Origin: Gammaproteobacteria bacterium | Lineage (GTDB): Bacteria; Pseudomonadota; Gammaproteobacteria; JAKDMP01 | Direction of reading: 5' to 3' | Length of the DNA: 64,000 nt | Assembly: GCA_050739575.1 (NCBI GenBank) | Contig: JBOIBN010000001.1 | Span: 26,608 to 90,607 of the forward strand | Shown: piece after piece, positions 8,788-17,663 of the stretch | How the letters are laid out: each line of letters begins with the position of its first letter | Numbering within the stretch: the first letter of the stretch is position 1 | Program-made: the position numbers and the translations under genes | The notes under the pieces: model-generated | What the model was told of the DNA's origin: nothing | Databases searched by the model: none | Seen by the model: the letters and a program-made list of their open reading frames with translations, nothing else

Positions 8788-10029
8788 GTGAGCTGGCGCG
8801 ATCAAATGCTGCCGGGCTCCTTCCGCGGCGCGCCGTTCCTGATCAAGGTGGCGCGCACGGGCGTCGGGCGGCGCACGGAGCTGCATCAGTATCCGCTGCG
8901 CGATACGCCGTGGGCGGAGGATCTTGGGCGCCACGCGCGGAGCTTCACGGTGGAATGCTTCGTGCTCGGGGCGGACTACATGAGCCAGCGCAATGCGCTG
9001 ATGGATGCGCTCGAACAGGGCGGCGCGGGCACATTAGTGCATCCGTATCTGGGGACGAAGAGCGTCGTCGTTAACGGCAGCGCGGACATCACCGAGGACA
9101 CCGCCGAGGGCGGGATGGCGCGCTTCTCGATTCCGTTCGCTGAAAGCGGCCAGAAGCTCGAGCCGGCGGCGGCGACCGATACGGCCGGTGCGGTCGCCGA
9201 TCAGGCGTCAGCGGGCAATGCGGCGCTTGCGACGCAGTTCAGCGACGACTTCGCGACCGAAGGGTATCCGCAGTGGGTGCAGGACGCGGCGAGCGCGAAC
9301 ACGAACGAGTTGACGGACACGCTCGATTCGCTGCGGAGTTCCATTCCCGGCATTCCCGATTCCGTGGTGGCGTTCGATTCGCAGCTCGCGGAATTCAGCC
9401 AATCGCTCGCGAGCCTGATTCGCACGCCGTACAACCTGGCGGCGTCTGTGGTGAGCTTGATCGCGGGCCTCGGCACGATCGCCGAGCAGCCGCTGGATGC
9501 GGTGAATCTCTATTCCACGCTGTCGACCTGGCAACCCTCCGGACCGCTGCCGGCGGCGACGACGCCGGCGCGTGCGCAGGCGGCAGCGAACCAGCAGGCG
9601 CTGACGGATCTTGTGCAGCGCACGGCGATCATGCAGCAGGGCGCGGCTGCGTCGCGGGTGCCGGCGCAGAGCGGCACGGATACATCGGTGGACGGCACGC
9701 CGCTCGCGGGTTACGACACGGCCGATGTGGCGCTTGCCGTGCGCGATGCGATTACCGGTTCGATCGATACGCAGCAGCTCACGGCGCCCGACGCGGTATT
9801 CGATGCGCTGACGGATCTGCGCGCGGCCGTGGTGACCGACTTCGATGCGCGCGCGGGAGCGCTCCCTTCGCTGGTGACTTTCACGCCGGCGACGGATCTG
9901 CCGGCGACCGTGATCGCCTGGCGTCTGTACGCGGATGCGAGCCGCGATGCGGAGATCGTGCAGCGCAACGCCGTGGTCTATCCCGGAGCGGTGCCCGGCG
10001 GCGCGCCGCTGGAGGTGGCCAGTGCCTGA
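8788..10029 (+). CDS. DNA circulation protein (Mu gpN-like)
   Basis: 413 aa with a GTG start and GGAG Shine-Dalgarno. It sits at the Mu N position, after the tape measure and before P. Confidence 0.8.
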   Translation: MSWRDQMLPGSFRGAPFLIKVARTGVGRRTELHQYPLRDTPWAEDLGRHARSFTVECFVLGADYMSQRNALMDALEQGGAGTLVHPYLGTKSVVVNGSADITEDTAEGGMARFSIPFAESGQKLEPAAATDTAGAVADQASAGNAALATQFSDDFATEGYPQWVQDAASANTNELTDTLDSLRSSIPGIPDSVVAFDSQLAEFSQSLASLIRTPYNLAASVVSLIAGLGTIAEQPLDAVNLYSTLSTWQPSGPLPAATTPARAQAAANQQALTDLVQRTAIMQQGAAASRVPAQSGTDTSVDGTPLAGYDTADVALAVRDAITGSIDTQQLTAPDAVFDALTDLRAAVVTDFDARAGALPSLVTFTPATDLPATVIAWRLYADASRDAEIVQRNAVVYPGAVPGGAPLEVASA

Positions 10030-11062
10030 GCTGCAGCTCAAGGTCGGCGGCCAGATCTACAGCGGCTGGGAAGAGGTGCGCGTCTCGCGCGGCATAGACC
10101 AGCTTGCCGGCTCCTTCGAACTGAAACTCTCGGAGCGTTTCGACGGCACGAGCACACTGCGGCCGATCCGCTACGGCCAGAGCGCGACGGTGCTCGCCGA
10201 CGGCGAGACGGTGATGACCGGCTTCATCGATACGGTCGCGCCGGACTACGACGACACCACGCACTTCCTGAACGTGTCCGGGCGCGATGCGACCGGCGAC
10301 CTGGTGGACTGTGCGGCGATCCACAAGTCGAGCGTGTGGACGAATCAATCGCTCGCGCAGATCGCCTTCGACCTGGTGCAGCCGTTCAAGGCCGGCCTCG
10401 AGGTGATCGCCGACGTCGGCGCGCCCTTCCCGACCTGGCGGATCGAGCCGGGCGAAACCGTATTCGAAAATTTGGACCGCGCCGCGCGCTACCGCGGCGT
10501 GCTGCTGACTTCCGACGGCCTCGGCAATCTCGTGATCACGCAGCCGGGCGCGGACGTCGCACCGGCGGCGCTGGTGCTCGGCCAGAACATTCTCCGCGCC
10601 CAGGGCCATTCCAGTTCGCTCGAACGCTTCGCCGATTACATCGTGCGCGCGCAGCAGGCGGGCACCGATACGGTCTATGGCACGACTGCCGCTTCGCCGA
10701 GCGGCGAGGCGCTCGATTCCGCCGTCGGCCGCTACCGCCCGACCGTAATCGTGGCCGAGGATATGGCCGACCAGGCCGCGTGCCAGACGCGCGCCAACTG
10801 GCAGCGTACGGTCGCCGCGGCGCGTTCGCAGCAGATCGTCTATACCGTGAGCACCTGGCGTGCGGACGGACGCCTGTGGCAACCGAATGCGTTGGTGCCG
10901 GTGACCGATCCCTTCATGGGCATAGACGAGCGGCGCCTGATCTCGCGCGTTGACTTCGTGCTCGATTCGCAGGGCTCGCGCACCGAGCTGACGGTGGTGC
11001 CGCGTCACGCCTACGATCCGCAGCACCTGCCCGATCCGCCGGCGGGCGGAGGGTTGTTCTGA
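10022..11062 (+). CDS. Mu gpP-like tail/baseplate protein (phage late control D family)
   Basis: GRDATGDLVDCAAIH and RYRGVLLTSDGLGNLV align to Mu P GRDKTADLIDCAAVY and RARGVLMTSNAAGELV. The GTG start at 10022 overlaps the N stop (GTGCCTGA). Confidence 0.75.
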   Translation: MPELQLKVGGQIYSGWEEVRVSRGIDQLAGSFELKLSERFDGTSTLRPIRYGQSATVLADGETVMTGFIDTVAPDYDDTTHFLNVSGRDATGDLVDCAAIHKSSVWTNQSLAQIAFDLVQPFKAGLEVIADVGAPFPTWRIEPGETVFENLDRAARYRGVLLTSDGLGNLVITQPGADVAPAALVLGQNILRAQGHSSSLERFADYIVRAQQAGTDTVYGTTAASPSGEALDSAVGRYRPTVIVAEDMADQAACQTRANWQRTVAAARSQQIVYTVSTWRADGRLWQPNALVPVTDPFMGIDERRLISRVDFVLDSQGSRTELTVVPRHAYDPQHLPDPPAGGGLF

Positions 11063-11628
11063 TGGAACTCGCACGCGTGCTCGCGCGGCGCATCCGCATG
11101 ATCGCGGGCCGCGCCGTGATCAATCTCGCGAACGACGCGCTCAAGGTGCAGAGCGTGCAGATCTCCGCACTCGATACCGAAGTGCTGCAGGCGCAGCGCT
11201 TCCAGGAGTACGGCTTTACGTCGGTGCCGCTCGCCGGCGCCGAAGGCATCTTCCTCGCGATCGCCGGCGTGCGCGGCCACACGATCGTCATCGCGAGCGA
11301 CGACGGGCGCTATCGGCGGAAAAATCTGCAACCCGGCGAAGTCGCGCTCTACACCGACGAGGGCGATTACATTCAGCTCGCGCGCGGCAAGAAGATTCAA
11401 GTCGTGAGCGGCGGCGAGGTGGACGTGACCGGACCGAACGTGAACGTGATGGCCACGAGCAAGATCACCTGCGACACGCCGGAGCTGCACTGCACGGGCA
11501 AAATTACCGCCGCCGACGAGATCAGCTCCGACGTCGATTGCATTTCCGCCGGCGTGTCGGGCAAGGGCCATTTGACGACCGGCGTGCAGAGCGGCGGCGA
11601 CTTGTCCGGCCCTCCGGAGGCGAGCTGA
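11062..11628 (+). CDS. Baseplate assembly protein V / central spike (Mu gp45-like)
   Basis: 188-aa ORF at the position of Mu gp45, following P and preceding gp46/gp47. Confidence 0.7.
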   Translation: MELARVLARRIRMIAGRAVINLANDALKVQSVQISALDTEVLQAQRFQEYGFTSVPLAGAEGIFLAIAGVRGHTIVIASDDGRYRRKNLQPGEVALYTDEGDYIQLARGKKIQVVSGGEVDVTGPNVNVMATSKITCDTPELHCTGKITAADEISSDVDCISAGVSGKGHLTTGVQSGGDLSGPPEAS

Positions 11629-12074
11629 TGGACGCCGCATTGATCTGGAACCCGAACGGCTATGCCGACATTGCGCTTTCCGGCGGCGATCTCGCGCACG
11701 ACGACGGACTCGAAACCGCGGTGATCCTGTCGCTGTTCTGCGATGCGCGCGCCGATGCGGACGACAGCCTCGACGCCGGCGCGGATCCGCGCGGCTACTG
11801 GGGCGACAGCTTCGCAGCCATTGCGGGCGACGTGACCGGCTCGAAGCTGTGGCTGATCGTGCGCCAAAAGCAGCTTGCCGACGTCGCCAACCGCGCCCAG
11901 GAATATGCGGCGGCCGCGCTCGCATGGCTGGTCGAGGACGGCATCGCGGCGACGGTGAACGTGATCGCCGAGTGGATTGCACAGGGCACGCTCGCGCTGT
12001 CGATCGCGATCGCCAAGCCCGGATCGAACGACGTCTTTCAACGCCGTTATCAGTACGTTTGGAGCGCCCTTTAA
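11628..12074 (+). CDS. Baseplate protein (Mu gp46 / P2 W-like)
   Basis: 148 aa. The start overlaps the gp45 stop (TGATG). It is the gp46-position ORF immediately before gp47. Confidence 0.7.
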   Translation: MDAALIWNPNGYADIALSGGDLAHDDGLETAVILSLFCDARADADDSLDAGADPRGYWGDSFAAIAGDVTGSKLWLIVRQKQLADVANRAQEYAAAALAWLVEDGIAATVNVIAEWIAQGTLALSIAIAKPGSNDVFQRRYQYVWSAL

Positions 12075-13156
12075 TGCCGTTTTCACGCCCCACGCTCGCT
12101 ACGCTGATCGACCGCATCGCCGGCGACATCGAATCGCGCCTGCCCGGCTCCGACGCGCGCCTGCGCCGCAACCTGCTGACGATCCTCGGCCGCGCCGAGG
12201 CCGGTGCGACACACGGGCTCTACGGGCACCAGGAATGGATCTCGCTGCAGGTCATCATCGATACCGCCGAAAACGACTGGCTGGAGCGCTGGGCGGCGAT
12301 CTGGACGGTTGGGCGCAAGGGCGCCGGTGCCGCGCAGGGCAACCTTTTACTCACCGGCACGAACGGCGCGATCCTGCCTGCCGGCAGCAGCTATACGCGC
12401 AGCGACGGCGCGCTCTACACCACCGATGCCGATGCCACCATCGTCGCCGGTACCGCGACTGTAGCCGTGACCGCATCGCTTGCCGGCGTCGCCGGCGACA
12501 CCGATGCGAATTCCACGCTGACGCTGGTGTCGTCCGTGACCGGCATCGATGCGGCGGCGACGGTGGATGCGGACGGCATCGAGGGCGGCGCGGACATCGA
12601 GGACGACGATTCGCTGCGCGTGCGCCTGCTCGATCGCATCGGCGCTCCGCCGACCGGCGGCAGCGATCCCGATTACGTGGCGTGGGCGGAAGAAGTCGCC
12701 GGCGTCACCCGCGCCTGGGTGTATCCGAAAGAGCAAGGCCCCGGCACGGTGGTGGTGCGCTTCGTGACCGACGACGCGCCGGGCGGCTTGATTCCCGACG
12801 ATGCGACCGTGCAGGCGGTCGCCGCCAGCATCGTCGCCAAGCGCACGGTGACGGCGGACGTGTTCGTGTTCGCGCCGATCGCCGATCCGCTCGATCTGAC
12901 CATTCAACTGGTTCCCGACACTATCGCGGTGCGCGCGGCCGTCACCGCCGAGATTGCCGACATGATTCTGCGCGAGGCCATCCCGGCCGGGACGCTCAAT
13001 GGCAGTGTGCAGGTCGGCGAGATCATCCGCAGCCACATTGACGAGGCGATCTCCATCGCTGACGGTGAGACCGATCACACGTTGCTGGTGCCGACCGCGA
13101 ACGTGCAGCCGGCCATCGGCCACATCGTGACGCTGGGAACGATCACATGGGCCTGA
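12074..13156 (+). CDS. Baseplate J-like protein (Mu gp47)
   Basis: 360-aa ORF whose length and position (after gp46, before gp48) match Mu gp47. Confidence 0.8.
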   Translation: MPFSRPTLATLIDRIAGDIESRLPGSDARLRRNLLTILGRAEAGATHGLYGHQEWISLQVIIDTAENDWLERWAAIWTVGRKGAGAAQGNLLLTGTNGAILPAGSSYTRSDGALYTTDADATIVAGTATVAVTASLAGVAGDTDANSTLTLVSSVTGIDAAATVDADGIEGGADIEDDDSLRVRLLDRIGAPPTGGSDPDYVAWAEEVAGVTRAWVYPKEQGPGTVVVRFVTDDAPGGLIPDDATVQAVAASIVAKRTVTADVFVFAPIADPLDLTIQLVPDTIAVRAAVTAEIADMILREAIPAGTLNGSVQVGEIIRSHIDEAISIADGETDHTLLVPTANVQPAIGHIVTLGTITWA

Positions 13157-15669
13157 GCGCGGATACCTACGCCGCCACCGAACGTGCGCTGCTGCCGCCC
13201 GGCCGCGCGCTCGCCGATGGCGGCGAAGGCACGCTCACGGATCTGCTCGAGGCGCTCGCCCAGGAATTCTCGCGCGTGGATGCGAGCGGCGACGTGCTGC
13301 TGCAGGAAGCCTTCCCCGACACCGCCGTCGAGCTGCTTCCGGATTGGGAGCGCATCGCCAAACTGCCGTCCGCCTGCACGCCGGCCGGCCAGACGACGGC
13401 GCAGCGGCAGGCGTCGGTGGTGCGCAAACTCACGGCCAACGAAGCGCAGACGATTGCGTTCATCGTTGCACTCGCCGCGTCCTACGGCTATACGATCTCG
13501 ATCGTGGAGCGCCGGGCGCTGCGCTTCGGCTACAACGCCTATTGCGGCTACCCGTTCGGAAGCTGGGACTGGCAATTCGTGTGGGAGGCGCACAGCGAAG
13601 GCACGCCGATCGAAATGCTGTATTTCGACACGGGCCATTGCGGCGACGATTTCGGCGCCTTCGGCGATCCGACGATGGAGTGCCGCCTGAAGACCGGCAA
13701 CCAGAGCCACATCATTCCGCGCTTCTGCTACGACTTCACCGGCTACAACCTGTTCCAGTATCGCGACATCGGTCGGCTGTTCTGGATCGGCCGCGCCGGA
13801 TCTCTGTTCCAGGATACTGCCGGCACGGTGCCCGTCACTGCCTACGGCCAGACCGTGGGCTTGATTAAAGACCTCTCAGGTCACGGCGGCGATCTCATGC
13901 TCACGGTCGGGCCGGGCGCCGTGTACTCGCAGGACGAGAACGGCTACGACTGCCTGGTGAGCGCGGGCGATTCGATGTACAGCGGCTCCGATGCCGATCT
14001 GCCGATGGGCGCGAACAACGTCCACATTGCCGCCACGGTGGCCTTCGATCAGTTCACCAAAAACGCGAGCTGCTTCAACTACGGCACCAGCGCGATCCTC
14101 GAAGAGCGCGGCATCGGTCTCGACAATTCGACGCCGCAGAAAATGACCGCGAATATCTACAACGTCCAGGCCGACGGCCAGTCGCCGATCGCAGGCCAGC
14201 CTTACGTGATGGAGTGCGATGTGCTCTACCACACGGTCAGCCTGTATATCGACGGAGTCTTCGAGAGCAGCGCCACCGGCGTCGTCAATACGGTCAGCGG
14301 CGCACTCACGCTGTTCGGTTCGGCGTTGCCGGGAAAACTGTTTACCGGAAAGTTTTACGGCGGCGTGATCTTCGGTGGGAGTTCCTGGCCGCGCGCGGCC
14401 GTGACGCGCTGGCTCGGAGCGCTCGCGGGACAGACGTTTCCCGGCTATGACCTGCTGCTGCTCGACCAGGCTTTCGCGCGCAGCTCTCAGGCGACGTGGA
14501 CGGACCCGGCCGGGATCCTCCAGACGGCGAGCGCCAATGCGGCCCGCTATAACAATGATCGCGACACCGGCGAGGCTTACGGACTGCTGATCGAGGAGCC
14601 GCGTACCAATCAGATTACCGATCCGTTCAATCCGACGACGTCGAATTGGGTGCAGACCAATGCGGCCGCGGCGCTCGCCCAGGGCACAGGCCCCGACGGT
14701 TCCAATTCGCTCATCAAGCTCACGACCGATGTCGTCGCGACCGTCGAACCGCACATGTACAACATCACCTGCCTGATCCCGGACCCCGCGCCCGACGTCA
14801 TCAGCGTTCTGACGTGGGTGCAGCGCGGCAACTACGACAACGGTGCGTCGCCGACGATCCGGATGCATTCCAAACAGACGCCGGCGCCTGGAGCGGGCAC
14901 GCCGGTCGATGTGAGCGCGCGTATTCTGCAAGGCCCCGGCAGCGTAGATATCGCCGACTTTGACGCCGGGCTGGTGCAGGTATACGGGCTGTCGCAGACC
15001 GAACCCACGTTGATCGAAACACGCACGATGATTCCCTTGATCGCTGGTCAGACCTACATCCTCACCTGCCGCAACCGCGATCAGGCCATCGGCGCCCAGG
15101 TGGGCGACACCACCTTTTGGTACGCCCAGCAGTTCGAGTTCGCCGATTTCGCGAGCACGTTGATTCCGAGCGGCGTCGCCACGCGGCCCGGCGACGATGT
15201 CGCCATTCCCCCGACTTGGGCGGCGACCGAAGCCGGGTGCCTGTGGGGCGAATTCCGCGTCCGGAATCTGCCGCCGAATCCGTATCCGACATCTTCGGGC
15301 ATCGTTGCAGCACTGGCATACACGGCCGCGAACACCTTCATCGGAGTCAATGTGGATTCCAACGGCCAGTTGATTATTACCGGCCGTCTTGCCGGCAGCG
15401 CTTATCAGCAGGCTTATACGCCGAACGGAAGCATTGTCGCGGGGCAGAGCTACAAATTCGCCGCGTCCTGGTCCCCGACCGCGTTTCGCCTTTCGCTCAA
15501 CGGTGCGGCCGTGATCAGCGCTGCGCAAACGCAAGCGCTGCCGACCGCGCCCAGCCAGTTCTTCGTCGGTTCGATTTCCGGCACCTATTACCTCAACGGC
15601 ACCGTGCGTTCGCTGCGCTATGCCCCTTTCGCGCCCGCCAACGCGCAGCTGCAGGCGCTCGCTTCGTGA
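13147..15669 (+). CDS. Mu gp48-like (DUF2313) N-terminal domain fused to a long tail-fibre / receptor-binding region with two concanavalin/LamG-like segments
   Basis: The first ~190 aa match Mu gp48. The protein then continues for ~650 aa with LYIDG and LNGTVRSL lectin-like signatures. It is 840 aa in total. Confidence 0.65.
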   Translation: MGLSADTYAATERALLPPGRALADGGEGTLTDLLEALAQEFSRVDASGDVLLQEAFPDTAVELLPDWERIAKLPSACTPAGQTTAQRQASVVRKLTANEAQTIAFIVALAASYGYTISIVERRALRFGYNAYCGYPFGSWDWQFVWEAHSEGTPIEMLYFDTGHCGDDFGAFGDPTMECRLKTGNQSHIIPRFCYDFTGYNLFQYRDIGRLFWIGRAGSLFQDTAGTVPVTAYGQTVGLIKDLSGHGGDLMLTVGPGAVYSQDENGYDCLVSAGDSMYSGSDADLPMGANNVHIAATVAFDQFTKNASCFNYGTSAILEERGIGLDNSTPQKMTANIYNVQADGQSPIAGQPYVMECDVLYHTVSLYIDGVFESSATGVVNTVSGALTLFGSALPGKLFTGKFYGGVIFGGSSWPRAAVTRWLGALAGQTFPGYDLLLLDQAFARSSQATWTDPAGILQTASANAARYNNDRDTGEAYGLLIEEPRTNQITDPFNPTTSNWVQTNAAAALAQGTGPDGSNSLIKLTTDVVATVEPHMYNITCLIPDPAPDVISVLTWVQRGNYDNGASPTIRMHSKQTPAPGAGTPVDVSARILQGPGSVDIADFDAGLVQVYGLSQTEPTLIETRTMIPLIAGQTYILTCRNRDQAIGAQVGDTTFWYAQQFEFADFASTLIPSGVATRPGDDVAIPPTWAATEAGCLWGEFRVRNLPPNPYPTSSGIVAALAYTAANTFIGVNVDSNGQLIITGRLAGSAYQQAYTPNGSIVAGQSYKFAASWSPTAFRLSLNGAAVISAAQTQALPTAPSQFFVGSISGTYYLNGTVRSLRYAPFAPANAQLQALAS

Positions 15670-15687
15670 ACATCATAGGAGATCATC

Positions 15688-16218
15688 GTGGACTATCCAG
15701 TATCTGATGACACCGTCGGCCTGGTGGCCGGCAAATTCAGCGACGGCGATCCGACCAGCGGCATCCCCGCATCGCGCTGGCCCTCGGAAACGGCGGACGC
15801 CATCATGGACGAGCTGATCGCCGTTATCGTGCAGGGCGGCCTCACGCCCGCCGAAGCGACGCTCACGCAGGTGCGCGACGCGATTCTCGCGATCGTCACC
15901 GCGGCACTGGGTACCGCAATTCCCAAGGACAAGTTCAATGCGACGGCCGATCCGGTCGTGACCAACGACAGCAGTCAGGGCTACAGCGAAGGCTCGCGCT
16001 GGTTCAACACGACGACGCCGGACGTGTTCGTGTGCATCAATCCTGCTGTCGGTGCCGCGGTGTGGCTGAAGTCCACGCTCGAACTCGCGGATCTCGCGAA
16101 CTTCGCCGTTAAAAATGCCGACAACGAATTCAGCGCGGGCCAGAGCGTGACCGGCAATCTCACGATTGACGGCAACATCTACTCGACCGGCGTGGTCCAG
16201 GCCGGTGTGACGCTGTGA
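15688..16218 (+). CDS. Putative tail fibre-associated protein
   Basis: 176-aa ORF directly after the gp48-fibre fusion gene. The sequence NLTIDGNIYSTGVVQ is fibre-like. GGAG precedes the GTG start. Confidence 0.4.
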   Translation: MDYPVSDDTVGLVAGKFSDGDPTSGIPASRWPSETADAIMDELIAVIVQGGLTPAEATLTQVRDAILAIVTAALGTAIPKDKFNATADPVVTNDSSQGYSEGSRWFNTTTPDVFVCINPAVGAAVWLKSTLELADLANFAVKNADNEFSAGQSVTGNLTIDGNIYSTGVVQAGVTL

Positions 16219-17198
16219 GCCTTGCCGCGCAAAAGTTCATAGACGCGCTCGGCTTCGACGTGGCTGATATCTTCGAGCCGTGGGAATCGGGCGATCCGCA
16301 TGCGGCCGACACCGGTTTCCAGAACGCGGCCGGCGACGATCTGTCCGCCGTGCTCGCACCGCTTTCGGTCGGCTCCGCGATCGATCACGACACCATGTTC
16401 CAGAACGGCGCCGGCACCGACCTGAACGCGATCTTCGCGAAGAAGGGCTCGCGCAGCGGATCGGCGATCAGCGCGACAATTCCCTCGACCGCGAACGCCG
16501 TCACCCATGCGCCCGGCGGTACGGCGAGCGCGGACCTGACCTGCGTCCCCGCCGGCGGCTCCGGAACGGGCTACACGTTCTTGTGGACCGTCGTGAGCGG
16601 CAGCGCGACGATCACCAATGCGACCTCGCCGACCTGCACCGTGCAGGAAGCGGTGCCCGGTACCGGTTCCATCACGAGCACCTTCAAGTGCCATGTCGTG
16701 GATTCCGCCAGCAATTCCTGCGACAGCAACAACGGCGTCGTTACATTCAAATATGTCGCCGTCGGCGGCAGCGATTGCCTGCGGCTCGATCAATGGCTCG
16801 CGCCCACGGTGCAGGTGCGCGACGCCCACAAGGGGATGTTGCTCGATGCGCGCACCGACGCCGACGAATTCTGCCGGCTGCCGATCGTGAACGATCCGAC
16901 CATCATCCTGCAGCTCTGCTACCGGCTCATCGCGGCCAACGGATACGCGATCGAGTGCACCGTGAGCACGCCATTCACACTTCCCGACGGAGAAAGCTAT
17001 CCGGCGCCGCGGATGCTCGGCCGGATGTTGCTCTGTCACGAAACCCGTGAATGGTCGCCGATCGTGACCGTCCAGTCATTGGGACGCTGCGCGGCCATGC
17101 TCATCAGCCTGGGCGGCGCGAGCTATGCCGGCGGCGACGAGCCGAACAAGCGCAGCTATTCCCACAACACCCGCAAGTTTGGACCCATCTCACCGTAA
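16215..17198 (+). CDS. Hypothetical tail fibre-region protein (Cys-rich, Ig-like segments)
   Basis: 327 aa. The start overlaps the upstream stop. It lies within the fibre module. Confidence 0.4.
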   Translation: MSLAAQKFIDALGFDVADIFEPWESGDPHAADTGFQNAAGDDLSAVLAPLSVGSAIDHDTMFQNGAGTDLNAIFAKKGSRSGSAISATIPSTANAVTHAPGGTASADLTCVPAGGSGTGYTFLWTVVSGSATITNATSPTCTVQEAVPGTGSITSTFKCHVVDSASNSCDSNNGVVTFKYVAVGGSDCLRLDQWLAPTVQVRDAHKGMLLDARTDADEFCRLPIVNDPTIILQLCYRLIAANGYAIECTVSTPFTLPDGESYPAPRMLGRMLLCHETREWSPIVTVQSLGRCAAMLISLGGASYAGGDEPNKRSYSHNTRKFGPISP

Positions 17199-17213
17199 AT
17201 CAGGAGAACCTCG

Positions 17214-17654
17214 ATGCTCGCCTTTAACAAGTTCAACGCCTTCGTACTTGCCGTCGCGACGAAAAAGATCGATCTCAATGCAGACACGCTCAAGATCATG
17301 CTCACGGATACGGCGTCGGTGGTGACCAATTCCGTCAAGACCGACATCACCGAAATATCCGCCGGCAACGGCTACAGCGCCGGCGGCGCTGCCGTCGGAA
17401 GCAATTCCGCCTCGCAGACCTCCGGCACCATGAAGGTGGTCGGCGACGCCGTGACCTTCACCGCCAGCGGCGGCGCGATCGCGCAGTTCCGCTACCTGGT
17501 GCTTTACGACGATACCGCCGCGAGCAAGGATCTGATCGGTTGGTGGGACAACGGCAGTGAAGTCAATCTCGGCGACGGCTCGAGCTTCACGCTCGGCGAC
17601 GATTTCAGCGGGGATAACTGGGATGCCACGACGCCGCTCTTTACGCTGGCGTAA
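17214..17654 (+). CDS. Hypothetical small beta-rich tail-region protein
   Basis: 146 aa, with an AGGAGA Shine-Dalgarno 6 nt upstream. Confidence 0.4.
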   Translation: MLAFNKFNAFVLAVATKKIDLNADTLKIMLTDTASVVTNSVKTDITEISAGNGYSAGGAAVGSNSASQTSGTMKVVGDAVTFTASGGAIAQFRYLVLYDDTAASKDLIGWWDNGSEVNLGDGSSFTLGDDFSGDNWDATTPLFTLA

Positions 17655-17663
17655 CGCACGACG

